Virus record (IMG/VR): IMGVR_UViG_3300009161_000038
Length of the DNA: 64,000 bases
Strand: one strand, 5' to 3'
From: an uncultured virus (IMG/VR IMGVR_UViG_3300009161_000038)
Lineage: Duplodnaviria > Heunggongvirae > Uroviricota > Caudoviricetes
The position numbers were made by a program, and so were the translations under genes. The notes beneath the pieces were generated by a model. It was not told the origin of the DNA. It saw only the letters and a list, made by a program, of their open reading frames with translations, and searched no databases. Within the stretch, counting starts at the first letter, position 1; each line of letters starts with the position of its first letter. Shown here piece by piece: positions 1 through 7,248 of this stretch.

Positions 1-12
1 ACACGCCGTTAT

Positions 13-141
13 TTATTTTATTTTTTTACCAAATTTATTTAGTAAAATTTCTTCAACCATTTTTAATTGTATTTCGGTTAGGTGATCTAACTCAACCGAA
101 TTTTTAAATTGGTTAGCTAACTTATCTGCGCCGTTTTCCAT
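13..141 (-). CDS. Small hypothetical protein (42 aa, MENGADKLANQF...)
   Basis: Manually translated. ATG overlaps the stop of 141..335 (TAATG). Below the ORF-track size cutoff. Confidence 0.6.
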   Translation of the reverse strand: MENGADKLANQFKNSVELDHLTEIQLKMVEEILLNKFGKKIK

Positions 142-335
142 TATTCATTTTCCATTTCTGCTAAATAATCTTCATGCTCTACTAATCCCATTTGGTAAGC
201 GATAGGGTCGCAATTAAAAAGTATTTCGGAGGCGGTAAATGTTGAGTATCCGATTTTTACATCGGGATAACTATCATCTAACATCTGGTCGAAACTTTCT
301 TTTATTTCGATTTCTTTCTCTAATTGTGATTTCAT
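141..335 (-). CDS. Small acidic hypothetical protein
   Basis: ORF track. Start and stop overlap the neighbours on both sides. Confidence 0.75.
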   Translation of the reverse strand: MKSQLEKEIEIKESFDQMLDDSYPDVKIGYSTFTASEILFNCDPIAYQMGLVEHEDYLAEMENE

Positions 336-484
336 TTATCTCTTCTAAGTAATACGATAGAATAAACAAAAGCAATAGAGCCAACTAGTAGCCATGTCGG
401 GATATCTATACCGACACCATTAGGCCAAAGCCCGTTAATGTATAGCGAAAAGTATTCGCTATCTAATAACAATTCTAAGTTCAT
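332..484 (-). CDS. Small protein with C-terminal hydrophobic segment (50 aa)
   Basis: Manual translation MNLELLLDSEYFSLYINGLWPNGVGIDIPTWLLVGSIAFVYSIVLLRRDK. ATGA and TAATG overlaps with neighbours. Confidence 0.65.
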   Translation of the reverse strand: MNLELLLDSEYFSLYINGLWPNGVGIDIPTWLLVGSIAFVYSIVLLRRDK

Positions 485-657
485 TATTCGTATGCCTCCC
501 AATCTAATGTTAATGATTTAGATAATTCATCTTCGTCATATTCGGTAGAGCCTATTACTAAGCCTTCTTCTAGTGCCTTATTATAGGCTTCTTCTTCATC
601 AAGATAAGCATAAGCATCGCTTACATCTGCCTGAATAGTATCCCATTTAGTCATCAT
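484..657 (-). CDS. Small acidic hypothetical protein (57 aa)
   Basis: Manual translation MMTKWDTIQADVSDAYAYLDEEEAYNKALEEG... TAATG overlaps at both ends. Confidence 0.65.
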   Translation of the reverse strand: MMTKWDTIQADVSDAYAYLDEEEAYNKALEEGLVIGSTEYDEDELSKSLTLDWEAYE

Positions 658-806
658 TACATTTCCACCTTTCGCATATGTGCTACAACATTTTTAGAAA
701 CTTTTTGTAGGTCTGCTACGACCTTATTCATTTCATCGGCGCTAGTAGCCTTGAAATCAACGCCTAGTAGTTGAGCGCCGTCCCATATTGAGTATGTTAT
801 TGTCAT
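657..806 (-). CDS. Small hypothetical protein (49 aa)
   Basis: Manual translation MTITYSIWDGAQLLGVDFKATSADEMNKVVADLQKVSKNVVAHMRKVEM. Upstream AAAGGA. First gene of the coupled run. Confidence 0.65.
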   Translation of the reverse strand: MTITYSIWDGAQLLGVDFKATSADEMNKVVADLQKVSKNVVAHMRKVEM

Positions 807-846
807 TTTATTTTCTATCCTTTTCGTTAGTTGTTAGTTGGTTATT

Positions 847-898
847 GAGCGGTTATTTGCTAGGCTCACCTTTCGGATTATTTGCTAGGCTCACGCTC
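847..898 (-). repeat. 17-bp direct repeat (853-869, 878-894) inside a putative structured 5' leader RNA
   Basis: Minus strand reads GAGCG-TGAGCCTAGCAAATAA-TCCGAAAGG-TGAGCCTAGCAAATAA-CCGCTC. Confidence 0.7.
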
Positions 899-926
899 TA
901 ATTCTTTATTTAATTTGTATGTCGCA

Positions 927-948
927 AGACTATCAGATTAGACTGACA
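927..948 (-). promoter_or_regulatory. Putative promoter TGTCAG-N10-TAGTCT
   Basis: Same architecture as 1122-1143. TGn precedes the -10 hexamer. Lies upstream of the small-ORF run. Confidence 0.55.
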
Positions 949-966
949 TTATCAAGCGACACGCCG

Positions 967-1071
967 TTAGGCGTTAGTGTGATTATGCTCACACACGGAC
1001 TCAATTTCGTGTCCGAATTCCTCTACGAGTTCCTCGTAGATTTCGTCCATATAGTCTAGATAATCGTTCAT
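967..1071 (-). CDS. Small acidic hypothetical protein (34 aa)
   Basis: Manual translation MNDYLDYMDEIYEELVEEFGHEIESVCEHNHTNA. Upstream GAAAGGCGG. Confidence 0.6.
   Translation of the reverse strand: MNDYLDYMDEIYEELVEEFGHEIESVCEHNHTNA
978..993. promoter_or_regulatory. CRP/GlxR-type palindrome TGTGA-N6-TCACA
   Basis: Perfect consensus TGTGAttatgcTCACA. A second one-mismatch copy TATGAgttacaTCACA at 1202-1217. Confidence 0.55.
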
Positions 1072-1121
1072 TAGATTACCGCCTTTCTTTAGTAAGAGTT
1101 TCTTACTTTCTTTATACTATA

Positions 1122-1143
1122 ATCCTAACAGGGGGGACTGACA
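1122..1143 (-). promoter_or_regulatory. Putative promoter TGTCAG-N10-TAGGAT
   Basis: Matches the module at 927-948. Upstream of 967..1071. Confidence 0.55.
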
Positions 1144-1365
1144 ATTTGCCACTCACAAATCGGACATGTCGGACAAATTAAAAAAAACTTTGCTAAAACC
1201 ATATGAGTTACATCACATATGGTCGCACTAATGGGGCATATCGGACATCTCGCAGGGGTGTATCATACAAATTAAAAATATATTAACATTTTATGAAATC
1301 TAAAATACTAGTCGACTAAGATTATATATCTAAGATCTTAAAATTAATAATGCTATAATTTAATT

Positions 1366-1656
1366 ATGGATAATACAATAAGCTGTAAGTGTAATGGCTG
1401 CATGGCGTGCAAGGCAAGCGGTGGCTGTGATATGAAAATGTGCAAAGGCCATGACAATATGTATAAATCCGAAGATTATGAGTCAGATAACGAAGAAGAA
1501 GACAAATGGGACAATATGCAAAAGGCTTGTTGGAGCGGATACAAGCAGGTAGGCATGAAAGATAAAAATGGTCGACAGGTACCTAACTGTGTTCCTATTA
1601 AAAAATCTTTATTTGGTACAGAAGGACCTCAGACTTTAATTCCTAAAAATAAATAA
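1366..1656 (+). CDS. Cys-rich hypothetical protein with CWxGY...VPNCVP motif
   Basis: ORF track. TGCTATAAT ends 6 nt before the ATG (leaderless-type). Confidence 0.75.
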   Translation: MDNTISCKCNGCMACKASGGCDMKMCKGHDNMYKSEDYESDNEEEDKWDNMQKACWSGYKQVGMKDKNGRQVPNCVPIKKSLFGTEGPQTLIPKNK

Positions 1657-1665
1657 TAAATATCC

Positions 1666-1695
1666 TTGACCTAGAAATATTTTAAATGCTATCAT
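1666..1695 (+). promoter_or_regulatory. Sigma70/SigA-type promoter
   Basis: TTGACC-N18-TATCAT with TGn extension. Confidence 0.55.
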
Positions 1696-1698
1696 GAT

Positions 1699-1870
1699 AA
1701 CCTTGAACAGTTTTCGGAGATAATATCAAGGGGTTAAACTTCAGGTGCATACAATGACGGAAAAGTCATTAAGCAAAGCAGGAACCGATTAATTGCGGGT
1801 TTACAACCTAGTGCCAGTTTCGGGGATACTCTTTAATTTTTAAGGGGTGTAGGGGTTCCTATGCTCCAAT
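1699..1870 (+). ncRNA. Candidate structured RNA of unknown class
   Basis: No ORF in the track. Several stems, one rich in G-U pairs, directly after a promoter. Confidence 0.45.
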
Positions 1871-1912
1871 TCTGGAAAATACACAGAAAACATAAAGCAT
1901 AGAAGGAAATAT

Positions 1913-2446
1913 ATGGAAGAGTGCATAGTAACAAATGTTAATACCTTCCATGGCTTAAACTTAGAAGATAATCTAGAAGTTATGATGAAAATCCAACAAA
2001 CGGTAATAAGTAAATACATGTATCGTTATGAAAATAAAGATCCTTTTTATATAAAAGCTTTAGTAGCTAGAGAAGATAATTTTAGCGTGGTATTTCCAGA
2101 AGAAACTGGAGACAAAATTACATCCGTATGTGAAGGTGGATCTATACTTTTTAATGAAAAACTTAAATTTGAAGTATTAAAAGGAAAATTTTTTGAATAT
2201 ACGTTTTTAGTAGATCCAAGACAGAAATTTGGAGAAGGAAGCAAGTCCTATAAAGTTTTATGCAAAACGGAAGAATCTTATGAAATTGAAGTTATGGCTA
2301 ATAGTGAAGAGGAAGCTATAGAAACTGCTAATAAGCAAGATTTATGTTATTGGAATCATCATCAGCCTAGTAAAAACAAAAAAGTAAGACCTGTAACTGC
2401 ATTTGTTGTTTGGGACAATTTTAAGGTAACTGAAATTAATGAATAA
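1913..2446 (+). CDS. Hypothetical protein
   Basis: 177-aa ORF with AGAAGGA upstream. Confidence 0.75.
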   Translation: MEECIVTNVNTFHGLNLEDNLEVMMKIQQTVISKYMYRYENKDPFYIKALVAREDNFSVVFPEETGDKITSVCEGGSILFNEKLKFEVLKGKFFEYTFLVDPRQKFGEGSKSYKVLCKTEESYEIEVMANSEEEAIETANKQDLCYWNHHQPSKNKKVRPVTAFVVWDNFKVTEINE

Positions 2447-2513
2447 TGGCAAAGCAGATTATATAACCATAGGAGTAATCTTTTTTCTTGTAATGTTGGT
2501 ATATATATTCTAG
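2439..2513 (+). CDS. Tiny hydrophobic peptide (24 aa)
   Basis: MNNGKADYITIGVIFFLVMLVYIF. Overlaps the upstream stop by 8 nt. Confidence 0.4.
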   Translation: MNNGKADYITIGVIFFLVMLVYIF

Positions 2514-2563
2514 TCAACTAGGATTATATAGCTATATATAGTCTAATATTGTATAATGATGGG

Positions 2564-2647
2564 ATGGGTACTATTTATAAGAAGCTAGTTGCAAGTATGC
2601 TTATCTTTGGATTTGCTTACATATTTCTATCCTACGTATTGGTTTAA
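2564..2647 (+). CDS. Tiny hydrophobic peptide (27 aa)
   Basis: MGTIYKKLVASMLIFGFAYIFLSYVLV. TATAAT ends 6 nt before the ATG; stop abuts the next ATG. Confidence 0.5.
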   Translation: MGTIYKKLVASMLIFGFAYIFLSYVLV

Positions 2648-3379
2648 ATGTACGAGGTTGAAGTTTATAAATTAAAAGGCGGGGGATCTGGAATAATTTC
2701 TCCTCTTCCAGTACAGAGAGATTGGATGGATAATCTTCCATTTGATGCAGTATACAGATGTATGCCTATGACATTGGCTAACCAGATGGGGTATGGCATA
2801 TCATTTCCAGAAGATATCTCCTTTACCTGGGATGGGACATATGACTCAGAAGAAAATCATGGAATTACAGTACATTCTGGAGATACTTGGATACATAAAC
2901 ATAGAGGTTGGGCCACATTAGCTATATCTACAGGACTTAGATTTAAGACAGATAAGAATACTAGCATGTTGGCCTATCCTATTCCTAATAAGTTCTATGA
3001 AGGATTTCAGGTATATACAACACTTCTTTCCACCTCCTTTTTTAAAGGTGCATGGGAAATTACTTTGAGGTTAACCGAACCTAATAAGAAAATAACTATA
3101 CCTGCATATACACAAATAGCAGCATTTATGCCCTTTTCCGCCGCCGCACTTAATAATAGTAAAATTACTGTTAAATATAATGAAAGAATGTTAGAGGACT
3201 TTCCACCTGAAGATCAACATGCATATGTAGATAGTCAGACAGAACTTGGTAGGGGTACTGGACTTTATCGAAAAGGAATTGATCTAAGTGGCAAGAAATT
3301 AGGAGAACATGAAATATCCAAATTCACTCTCTTTTTCGACGATTCACTAGACCGAGAATATAAGAGATATAATGTATAA
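2648..3379 (+). CDS. DUF6065-like protein
   Basis: PLPVQRDWMD...YRCMPMTLANQMGY motif, recalled as typical of DUF6065. Confidence 0.7.
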   Translation: MYEVEVYKLKGGGSGIISPLPVQRDWMDNLPFDAVYRCMPMTLANQMGYGISFPEDISFTWDGTYDSEENHGITVHSGDTWIHKHRGWATLAISTGLRFKTDKNTSMLAYPIPNKFYEGFQVYTTLLSTSFFKGAWEITLRLTEPNKKITIPAYTQIAAFMPFSAAALNNSKITVKYNERMLEDFPPEDQHAYVDSQTELGRGTGLYRKGIDLSGKKLGEHEISKFTLFFDDSLDREYKRYNV

Positions 3380-4121
3380 ATACAATCAAATAATAATTAA
3401 CTCTATGCCTAGAAGTGGATCTACTTGGTCACAATACCTATTAGCAAAAAGTATTAACCGTAGAGGAGGAAATCCTCTAGATTCTAATATAAATACAATT
3501 AACACTAGCCCTATCCCGTCTTTTGACAATAACTTTGTATCAAGATCTAACAACATCATGTCATTGTATGGAATTTATGACACAATAAAACAGGTTACTG
3601 TTGTAAGAAACCCTAAAGATGTTATATCTTCAGTAATTACTAAAACGTATGGGGGAGCTGGAGATACTGTATCTAACGGGGTTGTTATTGCAGCAGAAAT
3701 CCCTGACTTTAATATGGACGAACACATATATGCCCAGATACAGATATATAAAGGGTATGCCAAAGCGACACTAGATAATTTTAAAAATCTTAATGTCTTT
3801 ACTTTCGACCAGGTTACGTCAGATATTAATTTTTTCACAAAAGCACTGTTAGGAAAAGATCTTTCTCTTTCTAATGAAGATTGTGATAAATTTTTAGAAA
3901 AAGCAAGAAAAGAAATACGAGTTCACCCATTATCTCATCCAGGGTACACTAATGCCGTACCAGAAGAAAAGCCTAAAATTTATAATAAGGCTAAATTGTT
4001 TTTTACAATTAAAGAAAACTTAGAAAAAGAAAATTTTTTAGAAATTACAGAAATGTATGATGAAATTACGAATATGTGTAAACAATTTGAAAATGAGTTT
4101 AAGGCGTCTAAATCCTCTTAA
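3372..4121 (+). CDS. Sulfotransferase-like (PAPS-binding fold) protein
   Basis: 5'-PSB-like SMPRSGSTW and 3'-PB-like VRNPKDVISS. Confidence 0.7.
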   Translation: MYKYNQIIINSMPRSGSTWSQYLLAKSINRRGGNPLDSNINTINTSPIPSFDNNFVSRSNNIMSLYGIYDTIKQVTVVRNPKDVISSVITKTYGGAGDTVSNGVVIAAEIPDFNMDEHIYAQIQIYKGYAKATLDNFKNLNVFTFDQVTSDINFFTKALLGKDLSLSNEDCDKFLEKARKEIRVHPLSHPGYTNAVPEEKPKIYNKAKLFFTIKENLEKENFLEITEMYDEITNMCKQFENEFKASKSS

Positions 4122-4207
4122 TGGCAAATAGGTGACAGATGTGTATAAAATTGTCTTAAAACGGCTCTCAAAGGCTTAAGAGGGCTAATCTGCAGGTTTA
4201 GGTAAAG

Positions 4208-4369
4208 CTATTTTCTAAATAATTTTTTAAATTTATACTTAAATAATTTAAATTTTATATACATGTTATACTCAGGGTCCCCTGGCTTGAAGTTTGCACC
4301 AGTAAAATGATACCAACCGCCTTCAGAAGAGGGGTTATTGGTAAATTTAGAAAAATATCTTGGGCTCAT
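4208..4369 (-). CDS. Small hypothetical protein (53 aa)
   Basis: Manual translation MSPRYFSKFTNNPSSEGGWYHF... TATAAT ends 6 nt before the ATG. Confidence 0.55.
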   Translation of the reverse strand: MSPRYFSKFTNNPSSEGGWYHFTGANFKPGDPEYNMYIKFKLFKYKFKKLFRK

Positions 4370-4389
4370 GAATTAATTATACACCCTAA

Positions 4390-4428
4390 TAAAATATAAA
4401 CCCAGACAGAGGCGGGTCCGTCTGGGCT
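4390..4428 (-). terminator. Putative intrinsic terminator after the P450 gene
   Basis: CCCAGAC (4401-4407) / GTCTGGG (4420-4426) stem followed by a T-rich tract on the minus strand. Confidence 0.55.
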
Positions 4429-4497
4429 TAATGCATTCTAAAAGAACGCAACTGCAAACCGTAAGCTTGCATCTATGCAATAGTAAAATATTTTAAT

Positions 4498-5940
4498 TTA
4501 TAAGTCAATAGGTTTAATTGTAGCTTTTATTTTTTTTAAAGGTCTGTATGAAACGTGTGATTGACCACCTGGATTTTTTTTCTTTGTATTTAAATCAAAG
4601 TTTCCAAATATATTTAATAAAATTACTTTCATTTCTAGCATAGCAAACATATCTCCTATGCATTTTCTAGATCCCATTCCAAATGGAAAGTACGAACCTC
4701 TTGGAAGATTTGTTTCAAAGTCTTTAGTCCATCTTTCTGGCATAAATTTTTCTGGACTTTCATATATTTTAGGGTTATTGTGAATAGGATAAGAGCTTAA
4801 AACAATATTGGATCCTTGTGGAAAAAAATAACCGTCAATTATAGAATCTTTTTTGCAAAATCTTGGCTGTATCCAAAGAGGAGGATAAATTCGCAAAGTT
4901 TCTTTAATTATAGATGAGCAAATTTTTGCGTTAGATACTAATTCTATAAAATTATCATCATTTCTTTTTGAAAGTATTTCTTTTGCTTCTTCTTTAAGAA
5001 GATCAAGGTATTTAGGATTATCATTTATGTTACATATTGCAAAAGATAAAGCATTTGCCGTAGTTTCAAACCCAGCCAGTAGCATTGTTAATATTTCATT
5101 ATTTATGTCAGATAAAGATAAATTGCTTTCTGGATCTTGGTATGATTTTATAAAAACACTTAATAAATCGTTTGACTCTATAGGATTTTTAATTCTTTCA
5201 TCAATAGTTTTTTGAACAAAGTTGTATAGCTCAATTGAAGATTCTCTAAATTGTTTAAAGATTGGTAAATTAGTATGATCAAATCTATGAAGTAGAGGAG
5301 ACACCGTTCTTTCTCCGTTTGTCACACAGATATCCATATGTTTTTTAACAAAAGAAGTTTTTTCTTTAAAATCAATGCCAAATAGAGATTGACAAACTAT
5401 TTCAAGAGTTAAATGCACCATTTCAGTATGTACTTCTATTTTTTTATTTCTTTGCCAATCAATCATTTTGTTTTCAGATTTGTCACACATAATGTCAAAA
5501 TAATCTTTTTGTATTTTTTTATAATTTAAGCTCGGCTGCGCAATATTTCTTCTTTCAGAATGGGTAGGCTCTTCTAGTGTTAACATGCCTTCGCCACCAA
5601 ATTTTCTAATTCTATTCCAGCCTCTACCTTTTGAAAAGTTATCTTTTTGAGCAACAGATACTTGGTATGCAGCTTCTGGGGAAAAAGCTGTAATGTAAAG
5701 TTCCTTATTTACAAAAAAAGAAACAATTTCTCCATGTTTTTTTAATATTTTTAATAAATTTTTTGCTCTATTTCCTTGGTTAATATGGTAGTTAGCTTTT
5801 AATTTAATTATCTTGGGTATTTTTTCTAATAAATTTCTTTTCTTTAAAGTTTTTAAAGTCATTGGTTTTAGATAAAACATATTTTTTGGAAAATAAAAAA
5901 AAGGAGGTATGTTTACTAGATTTTTTTTAGACATCTTCAT
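4498..5940 (-). CDS. Cytochrome P450
   Basis: I-helix AGFETT, K-helix ETLR, PERW meander, heme ligand FGMGSRKCIG. Confidence 0.95.
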   Translation of the reverse strand: MKMSKKNLVNIPPFFYFPKNMFYLKPMTLKTLKKRNLLEKIPKIIKLKANYHINQGNRAKNLLKILKKHGEIVSFFVNKELYITAFSPEAAYQVSVAQKDNFSKGRGWNRIRKFGGEGMLTLEEPTHSERRNIAQPSLNYKKIQKDYFDIMCDKSENKMIDWQRNKKIEVHTEMVHLTLEIVCQSLFGIDFKEKTSFVKKHMDICVTNGERTVSPLLHRFDHTNLPIFKQFRESSIELYNFVQKTIDERIKNPIESNDLLSVFIKSYQDPESNLSLSDINNEILTMLLAGFETTANALSFAICNINDNPKYLDLLKEEAKEILSKRNDDNFIELVSNAKICSSIIKETLRIYPPLWIQPRFCKKDSIIDGYFFPQGSNIVLSSYPIHNNPKIYESPEKFMPERWTKDFETNLPRGSYFPFGMGSRKCIGDMFAMLEMKVILLNIFGNFDLNTKKKNPGGQSHVSYRPLKKIKATIKPIDL

Positions 5941-6142
5941 TGCTATCTACAGAAGTAAAAGAAGGAACGGGTCCAAGCAAAAAACCTTTTTCGTGATAGT
6001 CAATCATTTTTTGAACTTCTTCTGGCTCAGCAACTGATTTCGATATTAGCACTAATAAATCATATATCCTGTGCAACATAATATAATTAACCATTGGAAG
6101 GTTATCTTCTAAGTTTTGAGAAGGCTCTTTTTCTTCATTCAT
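5927..6142 (-). CDS. Hypothetical protein
   Basis: 71-aa ORF whose end overlaps the P450 start. Confidence 0.7.
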   Translation of the reverse strand: MNEEKEPSQNLEDNLPMVNYIMLHRIYDLLVLISKSVAEPEEVQKMIDYHEKGFLLGPVPSFTSVDSNEDV

Positions 6143-6210
6143 TGGGTCTACCTATGTCTAGCCAAAATATTTCTCGACCCATAGAGTCTGTTTCTTTTAT
6201 TTGACCACCG

Positions 6211-6429
6211 TCAGTAGGAACTTCTTGATTTAACAAGTTTTTCAATAGATTCATAACGGTTACTCCCAATTGTTGTTTTGTAACTGCAAGAAAGGCAGTA
6301 TAAATATATTCTATCATTTAAATCTACATTAGGCATAAGAAAGCCTTGATCCATAGGACATTCAAGTCTAGGAACAAGGCCTTCTTCCGATAGGGCTATA
6401 TATTTAGATACGATTTGTATCTTTTTCAA
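6211..6429 (-). CDS. Small zinc-ribbon-like protein
   Basis: CPMD...CLSC. Immediately downstream of the transglycosylase. Confidence 0.65.
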   Translation of the reverse strand: MKKIQIVSKYIALSEEGLVPRLECPMDQGFLMPNVDLNDRIYLYCLSCSYKTTIGSNRYESIEKLVKSRSSY

Positions 6430-6438
6430 TATGGCTCC

Positions 6439-6996
6439 TTATTGTTTAGGGAAATCTTTTACAATATCCTGGGCTTTGCCTGTCGAAGCAGACCATGATG
6501 ACCAATCTTTACCGCCCTTAGTCATAAAATACGTTATCTCTGCGTTTGTTACTGGATCAAATAATTCCTTATTTGAAACTAAATTAAATTTTTCTAATCT
6601 GTCTACGCCAAGTTCCCCTAGCATATTAATTTGAAAAATTCCGTAAGATTTATCTCCAGTCGATTTGTTGTCGTTTAGAGCAAGCGGTCTCCCGTTTGAT
6701 TCTACCCTTGCAACAGACCAAGCTGTTTTTAAACTAGCTCCTTCAAATCCAACAGCCCACAGCAAATCTTTTAAATCTTCTGGGGAAAGAATTTGAGAGT
6801 GCTTATAAGTTTCATTGCTGAACTTATCTAGTATTTCTCTTTTTAGTTGTTTTTCAGTTTTTTGTATTTCTACAGTTAAAGCTTGAGAAGCCGTAGGCCC
6901 TGGTTGAACGGAAAATAAAAATAGTACTACTACTCCTATTGCCATCCAGTTATGGACTACATCACTCAAACGTTCTTTAATTTTCTCCATTGGCAT
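6439..6996 (-). CDS. Lytic transglycosylase (SLT/lysozyme-like) with N-terminal hydrophobic segment
   Basis: Catalytic VES, SYGIFQIN, DPVTNA and DWSSW motifs; AGGAGG RBS; TTGACT-N18-TATTAT promoter upstream. Confidence 0.85.
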   Translation of the reverse strand: MPMEKIKERLSDVVHNWMAIGVVVLFLFSVQPGPTASQALTVEIQKTEKQLKREILDKFSNETYKHSQILSPEDLKDLLWAVGFEGASLKTAWSVARVESNGRPLALNDNKSTGDKSYGIFQINMLGELGVDRLEKFNLVSNKELFDPVTNAEITYFMTKGGKDWSSWSASTGKAQDIVKDFPKQ

Positions 6997-7248
6997 TCCT
7001 CCTTTAGAGATAACGAACTATAATAATACCATTAGAAACAAGAATAAGTCAATCTAGTCAACTAATATTTTTTGTGTAAAGTAATGATTTAGCGTTTATA
7101 TATAACTATTTAAGTTATTAAACATTGTTTTAGTTGAGTAATAATAATTTTTTAAAAAACTTATAAACACTTCTTTTTATAAATAAAGTTTGATACACTT
7201 AGACCTCATCCAAAAATAATCAAACGCTAAGCGAAGAAAAAGGTATAT

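Noticed and set aside
6135..6317. 60-aa minus-strand ORF
   Set aside because: Overlaps 6211..6429 by over 100 nt in another frame. A shorter 3' part may be real but I cannot support a start.
6997..7248. AT-rich intergenic region as replication origin or c-di-AMP riboswitch
   Set aside because: No iterons or DnaA boxes seen. The transglycosylase leader is too short for a riboswitch, and divergent promoters explain the region.
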